A stretch of 64,000 bases of DNA, from contig CAOKHL010000004.1 of assembly GCA_948468315.1 (NCBI GenBank), forward strand, positions 19,314 through 83,313, given 5' to 3'. The stretch's first letter is position 1; each line of letters starts with the position of its first letter. Below are positions 20,696 through 32,466 of the stretch, piece by piece. The notes beneath the pieces were generated by a model that was not told where the DNA came from, ran no database searches, and saw only the letters and a list, made by a program, of their open reading frames with translations. The translations under genes and the position numbers were made by a program. The stretch is from an uncultured Eubacteriales bacterium (GTDB lineage: Bacteria > Bacillota > Clostridia > TANB77 > CAG-508).

Positions 20696-21485
20696 TTGAA
20701 CTATATACTTTTCTTTTTTCTGGTATTATCTTATAAATTTTGACTACCACTTTCTCTCCTGGAAATGGTGGACTATCCATCCACTCTGGTAATATGCAAA
20801 TTGTGTCTACCCCTTGTGCAACGTTAGCAAATATTCCATTATTTGAATATCCTGTTATTGTTGCTAAATATTCTCCTTTTTCTGTAAAGTCTTTTCTGAT
20901 ATTTTTAAATGGATCTTCTAATAAGTCTTTTACAGATATTTTTATTTTTTTATTTTCTTCTGATATTTCTTTTACTAATACTTTTATTTGTTGATTTACT
21001 TTATACAATTTAGATAAATTTTCTATATATCCATATTGTAAGTCTTGTGGTAACATTATAAAATCTATTCCAAAACATTCAATCCTTATGTTTTTTCTCC
21101 ATACACCTATGACTTTTGCATAAGCTATATCTCCAACTTCTAACTTTTTTATATTTATTTCTTGTAGTCGTTGCATAGCTTTAATTCTTGAGCCTACTGC
21201 TTTTGTTCCTATTGTGTCTACCTCTACAACTATAAATCTTATTTCAGCTCCCATCATATTTCTAATTATCTTTTTATCATTTTTTGAATCATTAGTCATT
21301 TCAGTTGCAGGTATTAAAATTCTAATACCTTTAAAATCTATAATTGCACAAGTAATGTTCTCATCTTTCATTTTTTCATTTTCTATTGCTACTACTTTAC
21401 CCGTTAAAATTTTCCCTCTTTCCTTAGATGAATTAATGTTTTGCCAAATAATTTTTTCTTGTAATTCATCTGTCATACTTTTCAC
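20661..21485 (-). CDS. S1-like RNA-binding domain protein (CvfB/YitL-like)
   Basis: repeated S1-like segments (GKVVAIEN..., GDIAYAKVIGV...). Confidence 0.4.
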   Translation of the reverse strand: MKSMTDELQEKIIWQNINSSKERGKILTGKVVAIENEKMKDENITCAIIDFKGIRILIPATEMTNDSKNDKKIIRNMMGAEIRFIVVEVDTIGTKAVGSRIKAMQRLQEINIKKLEVGDIAYAKVIGVWRKNIRIECFGIDFIMLPQDLQYGYIENLSKLYKVNQQIKVLVKEISEENKKIKISVKDLLEDPFKNIRKDFTEKGEYLATITGYSNNGIFANVAQGVDTICILPEWMDSPPFPGEKVVVKIYKIIPEKRKVYSSIVKTIGSDASE

Positions 21486-21530
21486 CTTCTAACTATCTAA
21501 ATTTAGGTTTTCAGGTATAACCTATAACCT

Positions 21531-23306
21531 TTAAAAATCTTCAAAACTATACTCTACGTATTTAGTTTTTGCTTTATTTCTTTCTACATTGTCTTTAAAT
21601 CTTTCCATTTGTTCTTCTAGTGTCATATCTTCCAATTTATCAGCCTCACAATGTTTAGAATAATCATACTTATTACATATAAATGGCTGTTGTCCTCTTT
21701 CTATTACTATTTCTTTGTTATTATCTAACTTTAATATTTCGTCATCATTCATTAAATTTCTTTTATTAGTTGATAAATTTTGCATTCCATAAGTAAAATT
21801 GCCATCAAATCCCGCTTCTTTTCTTATTGCATTAGTTTCTACTGTTGATACTCCTAGATATGTGCTTATAAATCGTGCTGTTACAATATCCCCAGCACCC
21901 ATAAATATTTTTGTGTCTGCGTTTCCTAGAATCTCATGTCCCACATTAATACCATATCTATTTTCTAGTTGTGGAATATTCTGAAATATCATACATATAT
22001 CAATTCCTCTACTTCTTGTTGTTGCTAACTTTTTCTCAAAATCTACAATTCTTCCTATATTTAGGAACTCATCTAATATCAATGCCGTTTCTACTTTTAA
22101 TTTACCATCTTGATTCTCATCTGCTTGTTTTATTAGTTTTATAAATAAAAACGAAAAAAACAGTGTAGACAAAAAGTCAAATGCACTGTTAGTATCACTT
22201 GTAACTACAAATATACAAGTTTTTTTATTTCCTATATCTTCAAATTTTATTTCATCTTTATTTGTTATATTCCTTATTTTATCTGTTTGGAATACTTGTA
22301 ATCTTGTTGCTAATCCTGTAACAATACTTTGTTTAACAATATCTGTAGCTTGAGCATATATATTATAGCTTAATTTTGTTGGACCTGATGTATCCATAAA
22401 TAATTTGTCAATTTGTTTTATATTACCACTAGCAAGACAATCATATATATAAGAAATACTTTTATTTTCTTCTTCTTTTACATAGTTAAGTACATATAAT
22501 AATAATGCCTTTAATAAATTTTGTTCTCCTCTATTCCAGAATTCATCTCCTCCTGCTTTTCTATCTAGTTGTGTCCCCTCTATAACAATTTGAGAAAATA
22601 TTTGTGCATCTGTTTCATCTTCTACAAATTTCACAAAATTTGCACCATTAGAAAAAATTGGATTTACTAAATTAAAAACTTTAACATCATAACCTTTACT
22701 TTCAAGATATTTTGTTAATTTTTTATATAGTTCCCCCTTTGGATCTGTAAAAACCAAGCTCATTTCTCTACCTATAGCTTTTTGTAGTTCTTCTTGTGCT
22801 AACTCTATGCCATTTGGTATGGCAAAACCTCTTGATTTTCTGCTCCCACTCGAACCAAATACCGCAATATTTTTATTAAGTGCTGTATCCATTGGTAATG
22901 TTATTATCTCACCCTCATCAGTTTCTCCTATAATTATTCCATCTTTTTTACCTATGCTTAAAACTTTTTGGATTTCTTCTTTTGAACCCCAGTCTGCTGT
23001 TCCATATGTTCCATCTTTATTTTTTAAATTAATTCCCTCTATTTCTATTTTTGAATTTTTTCTTGTAGTATTTATATTTTTTACTACTAATATAATAATT
23101 AAATTTAATATTACCCATGTTACTAATATTGTTCTATTTCTAAATATAACTGTAAATAAGTTTAATAAATTTATATCTATTGTATGTAAATTTGTTTGAA
23201 AGCACTTTTCTAATAATTTCATAAATTCATTTATTATTGGTATTAAAATAATATATGATACACAAAAAAATAAAGCTACCTTATGTTTTTTGTTCCACTT
23301 CATCAA
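21531..23306 (-). CDS. type IV coupling protein (VirD4/TraG-like)
   Basis: N-terminal TM helices; Walker A FGSSGSRKSRGF; Walker B ALILDEF; 591 aa. Confidence 0.7.
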   Translation of the reverse strand: MMKWNKKHKVALFFCVSYIILIPIINEFMKLLEKCFQTNLHTIDINLLNLFTVIFRNRTILVTWVILNLIIILVVKNINTTRKNSKIEIEGINLKNKDGTYGTADWGSKEEIQKVLSIGKKDGIIIGETDEGEIITLPMDTALNKNIAVFGSSGSRKSRGFAIPNGIELAQEELQKAIGREMSLVFTDPKGELYKKLTKYLESKGYDVKVFNLVNPIFSNGANFVKFVEDETDAQIFSQIVIEGTQLDRKAGGDEFWNRGEQNLLKALLLYVLNYVKEEENKSISYIYDCLASGNIKQIDKLFMDTSGPTKLSYNIYAQATDIVKQSIVTGLATRLQVFQTDKIRNITNKDEIKFEDIGNKKTCIFVVTSDTNSAFDFLSTLFFSFLFIKLIKQADENQDGKLKVETALILDEFLNIGRIVDFEKKLATTRSRGIDICMIFQNIPQLENRYGINVGHEILGNADTKIFMGAGDIVTARFISTYLGVSTVETNAIRKEAGFDGNFTYGMQNLSTNKRNLMNDDEILKLDNNKEIVIERGQQPFICNKYDYSKHCEADKLEDMTLEEQMERFKDNVERNKAKTKYVEYSFEDF

Positions 23307-24171
23307 TACCTCCTAACCAATTGTCCAATTCAATAATATTTACTTTGTTAGTTAGTATTTCATTTATTTTTTCTTTGTTTTCTTTTAAAGTTATAATGTC
23401 AATTTTTCTTTCTGTATTCTGATTGTTTCTAAAAAATATATTTAAACCAAATAATCTTTCTGTATCTATAAAAGGCATTGTTATAATGTAAGTCTTATTT
23501 TCTTTCATATATTCAGCTCTTTTCCAATTTGACAAAAGTATTTCTTCATTATTATAAATTCTTTTTATTATTTCATATATTTCTATATCTGCAAGGTTTC
23601 TTAATATTGTCAGATTTTGTGATGTTGGCTTTATAATTAAAGTAGATTTTTTCCCAAATCTGAATTTCTGTTTTTCATTTAACAATTTCATATCTTCCAT
23701 AAAGATTATAATATATTGATAGTCTAAAACTTTTTGTATATCGGTTATCATCTGACTCATATATGATATATGTCTATCTTTAGAAATATAATAAACAATT
23801 ATATCTTTATTTTTATAAATCATCTTTCCTAAATATTTTCTCGATGTTTGAGTAAATACATTTTCATCTTTTATATTCCAACTTGCAATAAAGTCTATAT
23901 TGCTATTTATTGTCAGTCCAGCAATTTTGGCTACTTCATTTAATCTATCTATATAGCTTTTTCGTCTATTTCTAAAACTATAATCATATCCAAACTCTTT
24001 AACCATTCTAGTTCCTTTATCATCTAACTTTATATACAATGAATTTACTCTCCTTATGTACTTTTCTTTTTCCAATACTTTTAACCTTTTTCTATGATAA
24101 TCTTTTGTCTTATATATCAATCTACAATCTGCCCCTAACATCATTTTATATTTTCCTAGAAACATTAACAC
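23281..24171 (-). CDS. replication-relaxation family protein (Gram-positive conjugative element)
   Basis: size, position next to the coupling protein and overall sequence character; GTG start. Confidence 0.4.
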   Translation of the reverse strand: MLMFLGKYKMMLGADCRLIYKTKDYHRKRLKVLEKEKYIRRVNSLYIKLDDKGTRMVKEFGYDYSFRNRRKSYIDRLNEVAKIAGLTINSNIDFIASWNIKDENVFTQTSRKYLGKMIYKNKDIIVYYISKDRHISYMSQMITDIQKVLDYQYIIIFMEDMKLLNEKQKFRFGKKSTLIIKPTSQNLTILRNLADIEIYEIIKRIYNNEEILLSNWKRAEYMKENKTYIITMPFIDTERLFGLNIFFRNNQNTERKIDIITLKENKEKINEILTNKVNIIELDNWLGGIDEVEQKT

Positions 24172-24237
24172 CTCTATATCTCTTCCGAGTTAATCTTACT
24201 TTCCCACTTTCTCATTCCCCCTTTCTTTTTTCTTCTA

Positions 24238-24410
24238 AGGCACACCAATCTTTCTTCCTTTTTCTGCTTTCCCTGTTTCACACCCTTTAACCACGGCACA
24301 CCCTAAATTTTAATTTTTGTTTATTTTCTGCAAAAAAACATATTTTTAAAATGTCCGTTTGGAAAATGTCAAAAAAACATATAAACGGATATTTTGAAAA
24401 TATCCGTTTA
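24238..24410. promoter_or_regulatory. cis-acting region upstream of the transfer operon: pyrimidine tract with GGCACACC repeats, three AAAT(G/A)TCCGTTT half-sites and a 27-bp palindrome (24383..24409)
   Basis: aaacggatattttgaaaatatccgttt palindrome and repeats read directly. Confidence 0.45.
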
Positions 24411-24414
24411 GTTG

Positions 24415-25020
24415 TTATTTAATATCCGCCTTTATAAAATCTTGAATCCATTTCAACATTTTTTCACCTTTAAAAACATATACTTCTGTATATGGTTTTT
24501 TTATCTTTTCTGTTGTTCCAAATACTCCATAAAACATATTGGCTATATTATCATCTTCTATTACTTTTGATAATACAAGACCATCCACAATAGGTTTTAC
24601 AAACTTATTATCTATATCAATATTTTTTTGATTTTCTACTACTTTAATAAAAACAAATACTAGCTCATTTTTATATAAATCTTTATAATTTTTTGTTTTT
24701 TCCATTACATTTAGCATAATATTTTTATAAGCATAATTGTTAATATTTTTGTACTTTGGTATTACTTCAGGAATATGTATTTTCAGATAATTATCACTAA
24801 CACTTACTTCATATTTGTCATTTAAGTACATTAACCTATCTTGCTCATTTACCTCATACTTGTTATTCAATTTTATTTTATTGAATATGTTATACCTAAT
24901 TCTTTCTAAACTTCTTAAATAGTTTTCCATATGTTTATTTTCAACAAATTCTTGATTATTAATAATAAACTCCGTTTCATCTCTTAAATCTTCTAGTTCT
25001 TCTAAAATTTCTTTTTGCAT
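24415..25020 (-). CDS. RusA-like Holliday-junction resolvase with N-terminal extension
   Basis: C-terminal NIDIDNKFVKPIVDGLVLSKVIEDDNIANM fits the RusA D-x-DN...DD pattern. Confidence 0.4.
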   Translation of the reverse strand: MQKEILEELEDLRDETEFIINNQEFVENKHMENYLRSLERIRYNIFNKIKLNNKYEVNEQDRLMYLNDKYEVSVSDNYLKIHIPEVIPKYKNINNYAYKNIMLNVMEKTKNYKDLYKNELVFVFIKVVENQKNIDIDNKFVKPIVDGLVLSKVIEDDNIANMFYGVFGTTEKIKKPYTEVYVFKGEKMLKWIQDFIKADIK

Positions 25021-25095
25021 TCTCTTGTACCTCCTTTTAAATTTCTAATAGAAATAAGGATGTAAAAGTTTATAAAACTCCTACATCCTTTTATC

Positions 25096-25359
25096 TTACT
25101 CATCTTCTGTATTATCATATTTTTCTGATATGGCTTCTAGCAATTGTAATCTTGTCTCATTATTTATAGGGTATGAGAAATCTTGTCTAAAATTTCTATT
25201 TTTTATCTTTCTTTTAGGCATACTTATGTATCTACCATTTTTTCCATTTAATAATTTAATTTCTCTTACTATAAAACAATTATCTATACATACACTTGCT
25301 GCTGCAAGTAAATCACCTTTATTTATTTTTTTTATTCTAACTTCTGTAATATTTAACAT
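25096..25359 (-). CDS. spoVG: SpoVG-family protein
   Basis: MLNITEVRIKKIN...LAAASVCIDNCFIVREIKLLNGKNGRYISMP matches the SpoVG N-terminus. Confidence 0.65.
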   Translation of the reverse strand: MLNITEVRIKKINKGDLLAAASVCIDNCFIVREIKLLNGKNGRYISMPKRKIKNRNFRQDFSYPINNETRLQLLEAISEKYDNTEDE

Positions 25360-25421
25360 ATAAAATTCCTCCTTATAATTTAATTTTTAGAAAAAGAGTG
25401 ATACAAATATCACTCTAATTT

Positions 25422-28400
25422 CTAGTTATTTTTTTGTCTCCTTTTTCTTAAAACTATTGTTCCTGTAGTAATTCCTAACAATGAAATTATTATACTACCA
25501 ATTAATATTGCATAATTTATCTCATTACCTGTTTGAATTTTTGGTAACTGTTTATTTTCAAATTCAAAACTATATACTTCATCATTTTCAGTTATTTCTG
25601 TTCCATTTATGAATACACCTTTATCGTTAATTTCTAATTTAACTATTTCATTAGATAATTCATATCCTTTTGGAGCTGATATTTCTCTTATGAAATATGT
25701 TCCAAATCTTAAATCTTCAAATAATACTGTTCCTTCTTCTTTATTACTATCTACTTGCTTAATTAATTGAGTACATTCTTCATCAGCATATAATCCAAAT
25801 GTAAATTTAGCTTTTATAACTTCTTTAGTATCTCTATCAATTTTTACAACTTTTACATTTGAAAGTATTGGCATATCTTTCATTTCGATTTTTTGTGTTT
25901 CTTTGTCTGTACTAACCTTGAAAGTTATAGATTCTGCTTGCTCAAATCCATATGGACAAGTAATTTCTGTTAATGTATATTCCTTTCCCTCTTCTAATCC
26001 TGTAACTTGATGAGGTGTATCTGTACTAACCCATCTATCAACTTCATTTCCGTCCTTATCTGTTACAATTAGTTCTGCTCCTGGTAATTCCTCACCTGTT
26101 ACAAGATCTGTTTTTGATATTAGTACAATTTTATCTACCATTTCAATATGTTGTGTTTCTTTATCTTCTGTTACTGTAAATTCTATATCTGTAGCTTTTA
26201 CATACCCGTCTATTGCAATTTCTTCATGCATAATGTATGTTTCTCCCTCAATTAATCCCTGAATTCTATGAGGTTCTTTTCCAGATACCCATTTGTCTAC
26301 AATATTTTTTGTTCTTGTATTTGTTATAACTATTGTAGCTCCTTCAAGTTCATCTCCTGCAATATTCTTCTTACTCATTTCTACAATCTTATCAATCATT
26401 TCTACTTTTTGAGTCTCTTTTGTATTTTCGACTTTAAATTTTGTATCTGTAGATTTAACATATCCTAATGGTGCTAAATCTTCTCTTAATGTATATTCCT
26501 CTCCGACTACTAATCCCTCAATGGCATGTGTTTTATTACCAGAAGTCCAACTATCAATTACATTTCCTTCTTTATCAATTATTGATAATTCTGCTCCTGG
26601 TAATTCTTGCTCTCCTGTAATTGTAGTTTTTGATACTTCTATCAAAGTTGTATCATTTTTAACATCTCTTGTTTCTGTATATACTTTTGTTGTATTATCT
26701 TTCTTTTCAAACTTAACATCACATATTGTATCATTTAATACAAGTCCATCTAGTGTTTTTGTTTCAACTAATTCATATTCTCCCATAGGTAATTCTTCAA
26801 TTTTTAAATCACCTTTTTTATCTACATTATATGTTCCAACTTCTTGACCTTTAGAATATATTTTACTTCCATCTGCTTTATCAATTATATCAGTTTTAGC
26901 TGTTAATTTGAATTGTATTCCACTTAAATCACTTATATCTATAAATGATGTATCTACATTTTCTTTTAATGCCACACTTTTATCTACTATTAGTGTTCCT
27001 GTTGGTTGTTCATTGGTGATTGTAACTTCTTTGATAGCATCTTTATCTTTGTCTTTGTCATAATCTCTAATTCCTTTTATTTCAAAGCTTACAGGTTCTT
27101 CTAATTCCAAAAAACCTTCAGGTGTACTTATTTCATATACAGCATAACTTCCTACTGGTAATTTTAATGGTGTTACTACACTTCCTGTTTCATCATTTTT
27201 ATTATTGTAACTATCTTCTTTTGGAATTACTATATTTTTTGCATTCGTTGTAAATGAAGAATATGTTGTGCTCCCTATTTTTTGAGTAATAGCTTCTCCT
27301 TTTCTCCAAATAATTTTTCCTGTTGCTCTATCATATATATCCTTTGTAGCTTTAATTTCAAATGTAGCACTTGATAGTGATACTGTTTTTCCTGTTTCTG
27401 CATCTTTCTTGATAAGTTTAATATACGCTTCCATTTGTTCATTATTAACTACTAGATGTTTTACTTTTTGAGCCAATTCTTTTATTTCACTTGAATCTTT
27501 GCTAATTGTAAATGTAAAATCTTCAGCTGTTTCATAATCCTCAGGTGTGAATACTTCCTTGCAAATATATTTTCCATAAGGTAACTCCTTACTATAAGCA
27601 TTTCCATCTTGATCAGTCTCTATTGTTTGGAATGTTGGAGCAATTTCTTGTGCTTTTGCAACTCGTTTAGAATCAACTTCTACTTTGTTTCCATCTTCAT
27701 CTATTCCTCCCCAAACTTCAGCATAAGTATATCCTGCTACATATGCTCTTTCTACTGCACTATTTAATTTTATACTAAATTTAGCTCCTTCAAGTCCTGG
27801 TGTTAATCCTGAGTTTTCCTTGATTCCACTTTTGAATATATGAACTTGCATTTTCTTTACATCTTCATTACTTATAACTGTAGTTGAGATTATTTTTGTT
27901 TCTTGGTCTTTATATTCTAAATTAATGTTATATTCTGTTTCATCAAGTAAATAACCATTTGGAGCAGTTTCTTCTTTTACAATATATTGTCCCAATGGTA
28001 AATCTGTAATATTTTGTGTTTCTCCATTTGCATCAGTAGTACGAGTTGCAACTAAATCCCCTTGTGAATAATATTTTTTTGATTTTGATACATTGTAAAT
28101 ATTTTCAGCAGCATATACTTTATATACTGCATTTTCTAATGTAGCATCTCCCTGAGTAACTGTACCTGTTTCACTATCTTTTTTTAATATTAATATTGTT
28201 CCTAATGGTTCTTCATTTGTTACAGTCATTTCTCCTGTTTCGTCATAGCCTACGTTAACTTCTATTTTACTATCTTTTAATAAATATCCTTTTTCTGTTT
28301 TTGTTTCTTTTATATAATATGTTCCTGCATATAAGTTTTCAAATAATGCAATTCCATTATTATCTGTTTTTACCGTTTGAATTGTCGAACCATCTTCTTT

Positions 28401-29397
28401 TAGAAGTTCAAATGTTACACCCTTAATTGGTGTATTGGTCTCATCAACTTTGTAAATTTTTATTTTTGCATTATTAGTTTTTATATTTATATTTGTTTTT
28501 CCCGCAATATCTCCATATGGGTCAAAACATAAAGCATAATTCTGTGTTCCTTCTATTTTTGTCTTTCCGATAAAAAATCGGATATATTTTAGCTTTTGCT
28601 ACAATTGATATAGCTATTTCGATATCTTTATTTATTTCTTTTTTAGGTATCTTAATTTTAAAATGCTCATCTCCATTAAATTCTGTGGTTTCATTATTAT
28701 TCATATTTACTATTTTACTTTCATTTGGCAATCCTGCAATTCCTGCAATGTAATATTTTGATATATTCTCTCCACAGCTTGTTTCATATTCTTGTACAAC
28801 ATAGTCTCCCTCTACTGCAAAATCTCCTACTCTACTTATATCTACACCAGAATTATATGGTGTTCTTGTACCATATTTACCTTCATTACTTATATTTACA
28901 ATTGCATTAGCAATTCTGTTTCCTCTTTCGTCTGCTCCTCTAAATCTACTAGATGCATCCCAATCATATAATACACAATAAACTGCTTGCTTGGTTGCCA
29001 AAAACGCATCATATTCATCATCTAAACCTAGCTCTGATGGTGTCTTATATGGATATCCACTTGTAATTGCTCTCCATACCCTAACATCATCTAAATGTTC
29101 TGTTATATCTACATCATATGAATCTACATCTCCTACTCCATGAAGATCATGGTCTAAACAATAAGCAGGATATTCAATACCATTTTCCTCATAAACAACA
29201 TAATGGCAAATTATATAAGACCAATTATTTATTGATTCTTTCCAATACTGTAAATGTCTTTCACATTCTCCTTTATCTATTATCGTTTTACTTCCACTTA
29301 TCTCTGTATTTGCAAATACTATATTAGAAATAGATGAAAGCCCTAGCATTAATATCATTAACATTGCTATAATCTTGTTTAAAAATTTGTTTTTCAT
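25422..29397 (-). CDS. sortase-anchored surface adhesin, ~1325 aa (signal peptide, thioester-like domain, multiple CnaB-type domains, C-terminal sorting signal); interrupted by a +1 shift at in-frame CGG (+strand 28567-28569)
   Basis: N-terminal MKNKFLNKIIAMLMILMLGL signal; YCLDH / TKQAVY thioester-like motifs; repeated ...GTYxxxExxAPxGY CnaB-like units; C-terminal LPKIQTG plus hydrophobic stretch plus RKRRQKNN. The frame stays open and CnaB-like for ~300 nt upstream of the annotated Met at 28229. Confidence 0.6.
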
Positions 29398-29467
29398 TTT
29401 TACTCCCTTTCCTTTCTTCTAATTTTTTACAATAAAAAAGACACTATAAATTAGTGCCTCGGTAATT

Positions 29468-30211
29468 TTAAAATATATAACATTCTGTCATAATTAATTG
29501 TCCATCTACATAATAATCTTCTGCATAAATTCTAATTGTACCAAACCTATTTGTAATTGCTGCTTTTACTCTATTTTCTGTAAAAGTAAATTGATTTGTT
29601 TTTTCCTTAATAGAACTATCTACAACTATTGAATACCCATATTTTTTCATGTCATCAGTTACATTTTTTTCAATTGTATTTTTTATCTTTTCAATCATTA
29701 CTTCATTAATTTGATAATATTTACTAACAACTTTTTCATCATTTTTTGATTCTATATCTTTTTGAATCGTTTCCTCTTTTATTTGTTGGGATTTATTTTC
29801 TTCACTTTTAGGTATTTCATTTTTATCATTATCTATTACTTTTTCTTGATTTTTATTGACATTTTCTTTAATTACTGTTTGTTCATTTTCTTTTACTTCT
29901 TGTTTTATATTAGTAGATGTATTTGAAGTTACTGTAGCTTTTTCTTCTTTATTATCTTTTATTTCATTTTGTATATTTTCGCTACTTAAACTTTCATTTT
30001 TTTCAATTTCATCAATTTCTATGTTCTCTTCCAAAATTTCTTTTGATGGCTCTTCTATGCTATCAATATTAATTTCCTTTTCAATTTCTTCGTTTAGCCA
30101 TTCCTCATTATATGAAATTTTGTTGTCATCTTTTGTTATTCTTATTGCTACTAATATCCCCACTATACAACCAATAATTATGATTGATATTATTATTACT
30201 TTTTTTCTCAT
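29468..30211 (-). CDS. membrane-anchored acidic repeat protein
   Basis: N-terminal TM; E/K/N-rich low-complexity body. Confidence 0.35.
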   Translation of the reverse strand: MRKKVIIISIIIIGCIVGILVAIRITKDDNKISYNEEWLNEEIEKEINIDSIEEPSKEILEENIEIDEIEKNESLSSENIQNEIKDNKEEKATVTSNTSTNIKQEVKENEQTVIKENVNKNQEKVIDNDKNEIPKSEENKSQQIKEETIQKDIESKNDEKVVSKYYQINEVMIEKIKNTIEKNVTDDMKKYGYSIVVDSSIKEKTNQFTFTENRVKAAITNRFGTIRIYAEDYYVDGQLIMTECYIF

Positions 30212-30303
30212 TTTACATCACCTCATATAAAAGAGTATCATAATTATTTTCAAAATACAATTTCAAAAAAAATTTTTTAATTTTTCTTCATATTCTTATT
30301 ATT

Positions 30304-31041
30304 TTAGTCTAGAATTTCTATTTTCGCAATTATAAAATACCTCTTATTTGTAGGTGTCGTCGTGGCATTCAAATATGAACAAGTAGATAGTTTAATAATT
30401 TTTTCTATATCATCAATATCTGTATTAGAATATTTACTTGAATTTTTGTAATATTCAATTTCTTCATTAAAGTCTAATTCTTTTATATTATTTTCCTCTT
30501 CATTCACATCTATTGAATAACTACTAAAAACAGTTGCCTTATAGTTATGCGCTAAAGTATATATTTCAAAATCTGTATGTGAATAAAAAAATTCTTTATT
30601 CAAATATTTTCCTAATTCTGAAAACATAATCCCATTTTTCATATTATGACCATAAATTACAGTTTTTTGCTCTTCAAAAGGTTGTCTATTTATTGTAAAT
30701 ATAGAACCATTGTTATTATACCTTTTATCATAAGTATGTTTTAAATAGTATAAATTATCATCTTTTAATATTGGATAATTTATATTTGTATCTTTTATAC
30801 TTATCCAGCCTATAATATCTTCATTTATATCTTTTAATTTCTTCCAATCTATACCTAGACTATTTTCATCTTGTGAATTTTCTTTTATAACATCTTCTAT
30901 TAATTCCTCTACTATTTCATTTGCCATTTTATATTGAAAAAAACTTCTAAGAATAATGTATGAAGATATTATCAAAGTAATAATGAATATAATTATAGCA
31001 CTTATTATAATTATACTTTTTATTCTACTTACTTTTATCAC
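30304..31041 (-). CDS. srtB: class B sortase
   Basis: N-terminal TM; IYGHNM His; KLSTCSY (TLxTC) catalytic Cys. Confidence 0.65.
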   Translation of the reverse strand: MIKVSRIKSIIIISAIIIFIITLIISSYIILRSFFQYKMANEIVEELIEDVIKENSQDENSLGIDWKKLKDINEDIIGWISIKDTNINYPILKDDNLYYLKHTYDKRYNNNGSIFTINRQPFEEQKTVIYGHNMKNGIMFSELGKYLNKEFFYSHTDFEIYTLAHNYKATVFSSYSIDVNEEENNIKELDFNEEIEYYKNSSKYSNTDIDDIEKIIKLSTCSYLNATTTPTNKRYFIIAKIEILD

Positions 31042-31256
31042 CTCCTAATCGTTCGAAAAAATATATCATCACCTCCTTAAATATTTTTTATAGTTTATGC
31101 TTTATTATCATAAACTATATTTTTATTAACTGAATTATTAGTACTATTCTCACTAACAGGTAATATCATCTTTAATCCAAATAATACAATTACAGTTACA
31201 AATATCATAAAACCATACTTTAAAATTTCTTTTATTATTCTCATACTTGAACTCCT

Positions 31257-31688
31257 TTACTTTCTACTAAAAAAAGAATTAGTTTTGTTATCTCTAATTC
31301 CTTTCCTTTTCTTTATCTTTACATTATAGGTTTTTCTATATAAATCAGCTATATCTCTGAAAGTTCTTGGATGTTCTATAATATCTACTATTTGACTTGG
31401 ATAAAAATTACCATATAATATATCATAAATTCCTAATTGCAGTGCTAATTTCGTTTCTTCTTGTTTTTGATTTTTTATCAATAATATAATTCTTATATCC
31501 ATTTGTTTTAATGTAAATAAAAATTCATGTAAATCTCCATCTACCGCTTGTGGAGATAAAATTACTGTTTGCCCTTCAAAAGAATTGTTTTCTACTAAAT
31601 ATTCACTATATCGTGCTATTATTGAATCCTTTATGTTCATTTGAAGTTCTTTGTCAATTTCTTCGATTCCTGTATAAATTACTATCAT
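31257..31688 (-). CDS. hypothetical protein
   Basis: 143-aa ORF. Confidence 0.3.
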   Translation of the reverse strand: MIVIYTGIEEIDKELQMNIKDSIIARYSEYLVENNSFEGQTVILSPQAVDGDLHEFLFTLKQMDIRIILLIKNQKQEETKLALQLGIYDILYGNFYPSQIVDIIEHPRTFRDIADLYRKTYNVKIKKRKGIRDNKTNSFFSRK

Positions 31689-32466
31689 ATCAATGCTCCT
31701 TCCTTTTGTTTTAAAATTGTTAATGGATCTACTAATTCACCATCTTTTCTAACTGTGAAATGGCAATGGCAACCTGTTGTAGCTCCATTAGTTGGATTTC
31801 CATTACTATCTTTATATAGATTATTTGTAACTCCATACACATTTTTAGGTCCGAACTCTCCCTATTACTTCACCTTTTTTTACTTGTTGTCCTACACTTA
31901 CTATAAATTCTGGTGAACTATGACAATATGAAAATCTATATATTCCATCTGTACTTTTAATTGTTATAGTATATCCACCTGCACCACCCCAACCTATTGA
32001 AACTACCTCACCATCCATAATACATGCAAGTTTTGTTCCTTCAGGAGCAGGAATATCAATTCCAGAATGTATAGTAGATGCTCCACTTGTTGGTGCTTTT
32101 CTAGGTCCAAATTCACTACTTATTGTATAATGACCGTATTACAGGCCAGTCTGTTTCTTCTGATATTTCTTCCCCGCCAAAAATTTTGTCTACAAAGTTC
32201 CACACACTTGAAAAAAATCCTTTTACCTCTTCCTTATCTCTTGGTTTGTCATAGTCAGTATCATAATAGGCAAGTTCCTTTTTCATATCAATTTTATCGT
32301 CATTATCAAAAGCTATATAAAGCATATCTGTTATTCCTGAAATAAAAGATAAAAAGATTGCAATTATCAGCAATGGAATTATAAAAGGTTTTATTATCAC
32401 AAGTGCAACACCAATAATTCTGTTTTTTACTTTGTTTTTGATTTTCTTTTTATTCATTGGCATCAT
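31685..32466 (-). pseudogene. M23 peptidoglycan endopeptidase (conjugation-associated hydrolase, TcpG/VirB1-analogue) with N-terminal TM; two +1 shifts at in-frame CGG (+strand 32144-32146 and 31851-31853)
   Basis: After the shifts: ...DWPVIGHYTISSEFGPR...HSGIDIPAPEGTKL...GEVIGRVGPKNVYG...GCHCHFTVRKDGELVDP, the full M23 motif set. Confidence 0.6.

Noticed and set aside
25422-25460. Absence of a canonical LPXTG could mean the adhesin is not wall-anchored
   Set aside because: The C-terminus still has the tripartite sorting-signal layout (LPKIQTG, hydrophobic helix, RKRRQKNN) and a class B sortase gene lies two genes away; a non-canonical motif is more likely.
28561-28580. T6/A6 homopolymer next to the adhesin frame break, suggesting slipped-strand phase variation
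   Set aside because: The frame is restored exactly by removing the C of the in-frame CGG four nt away, not by changing the homopolymer. The identical CGG-GGN signature at nine other sites makes the homopolymer incidental.
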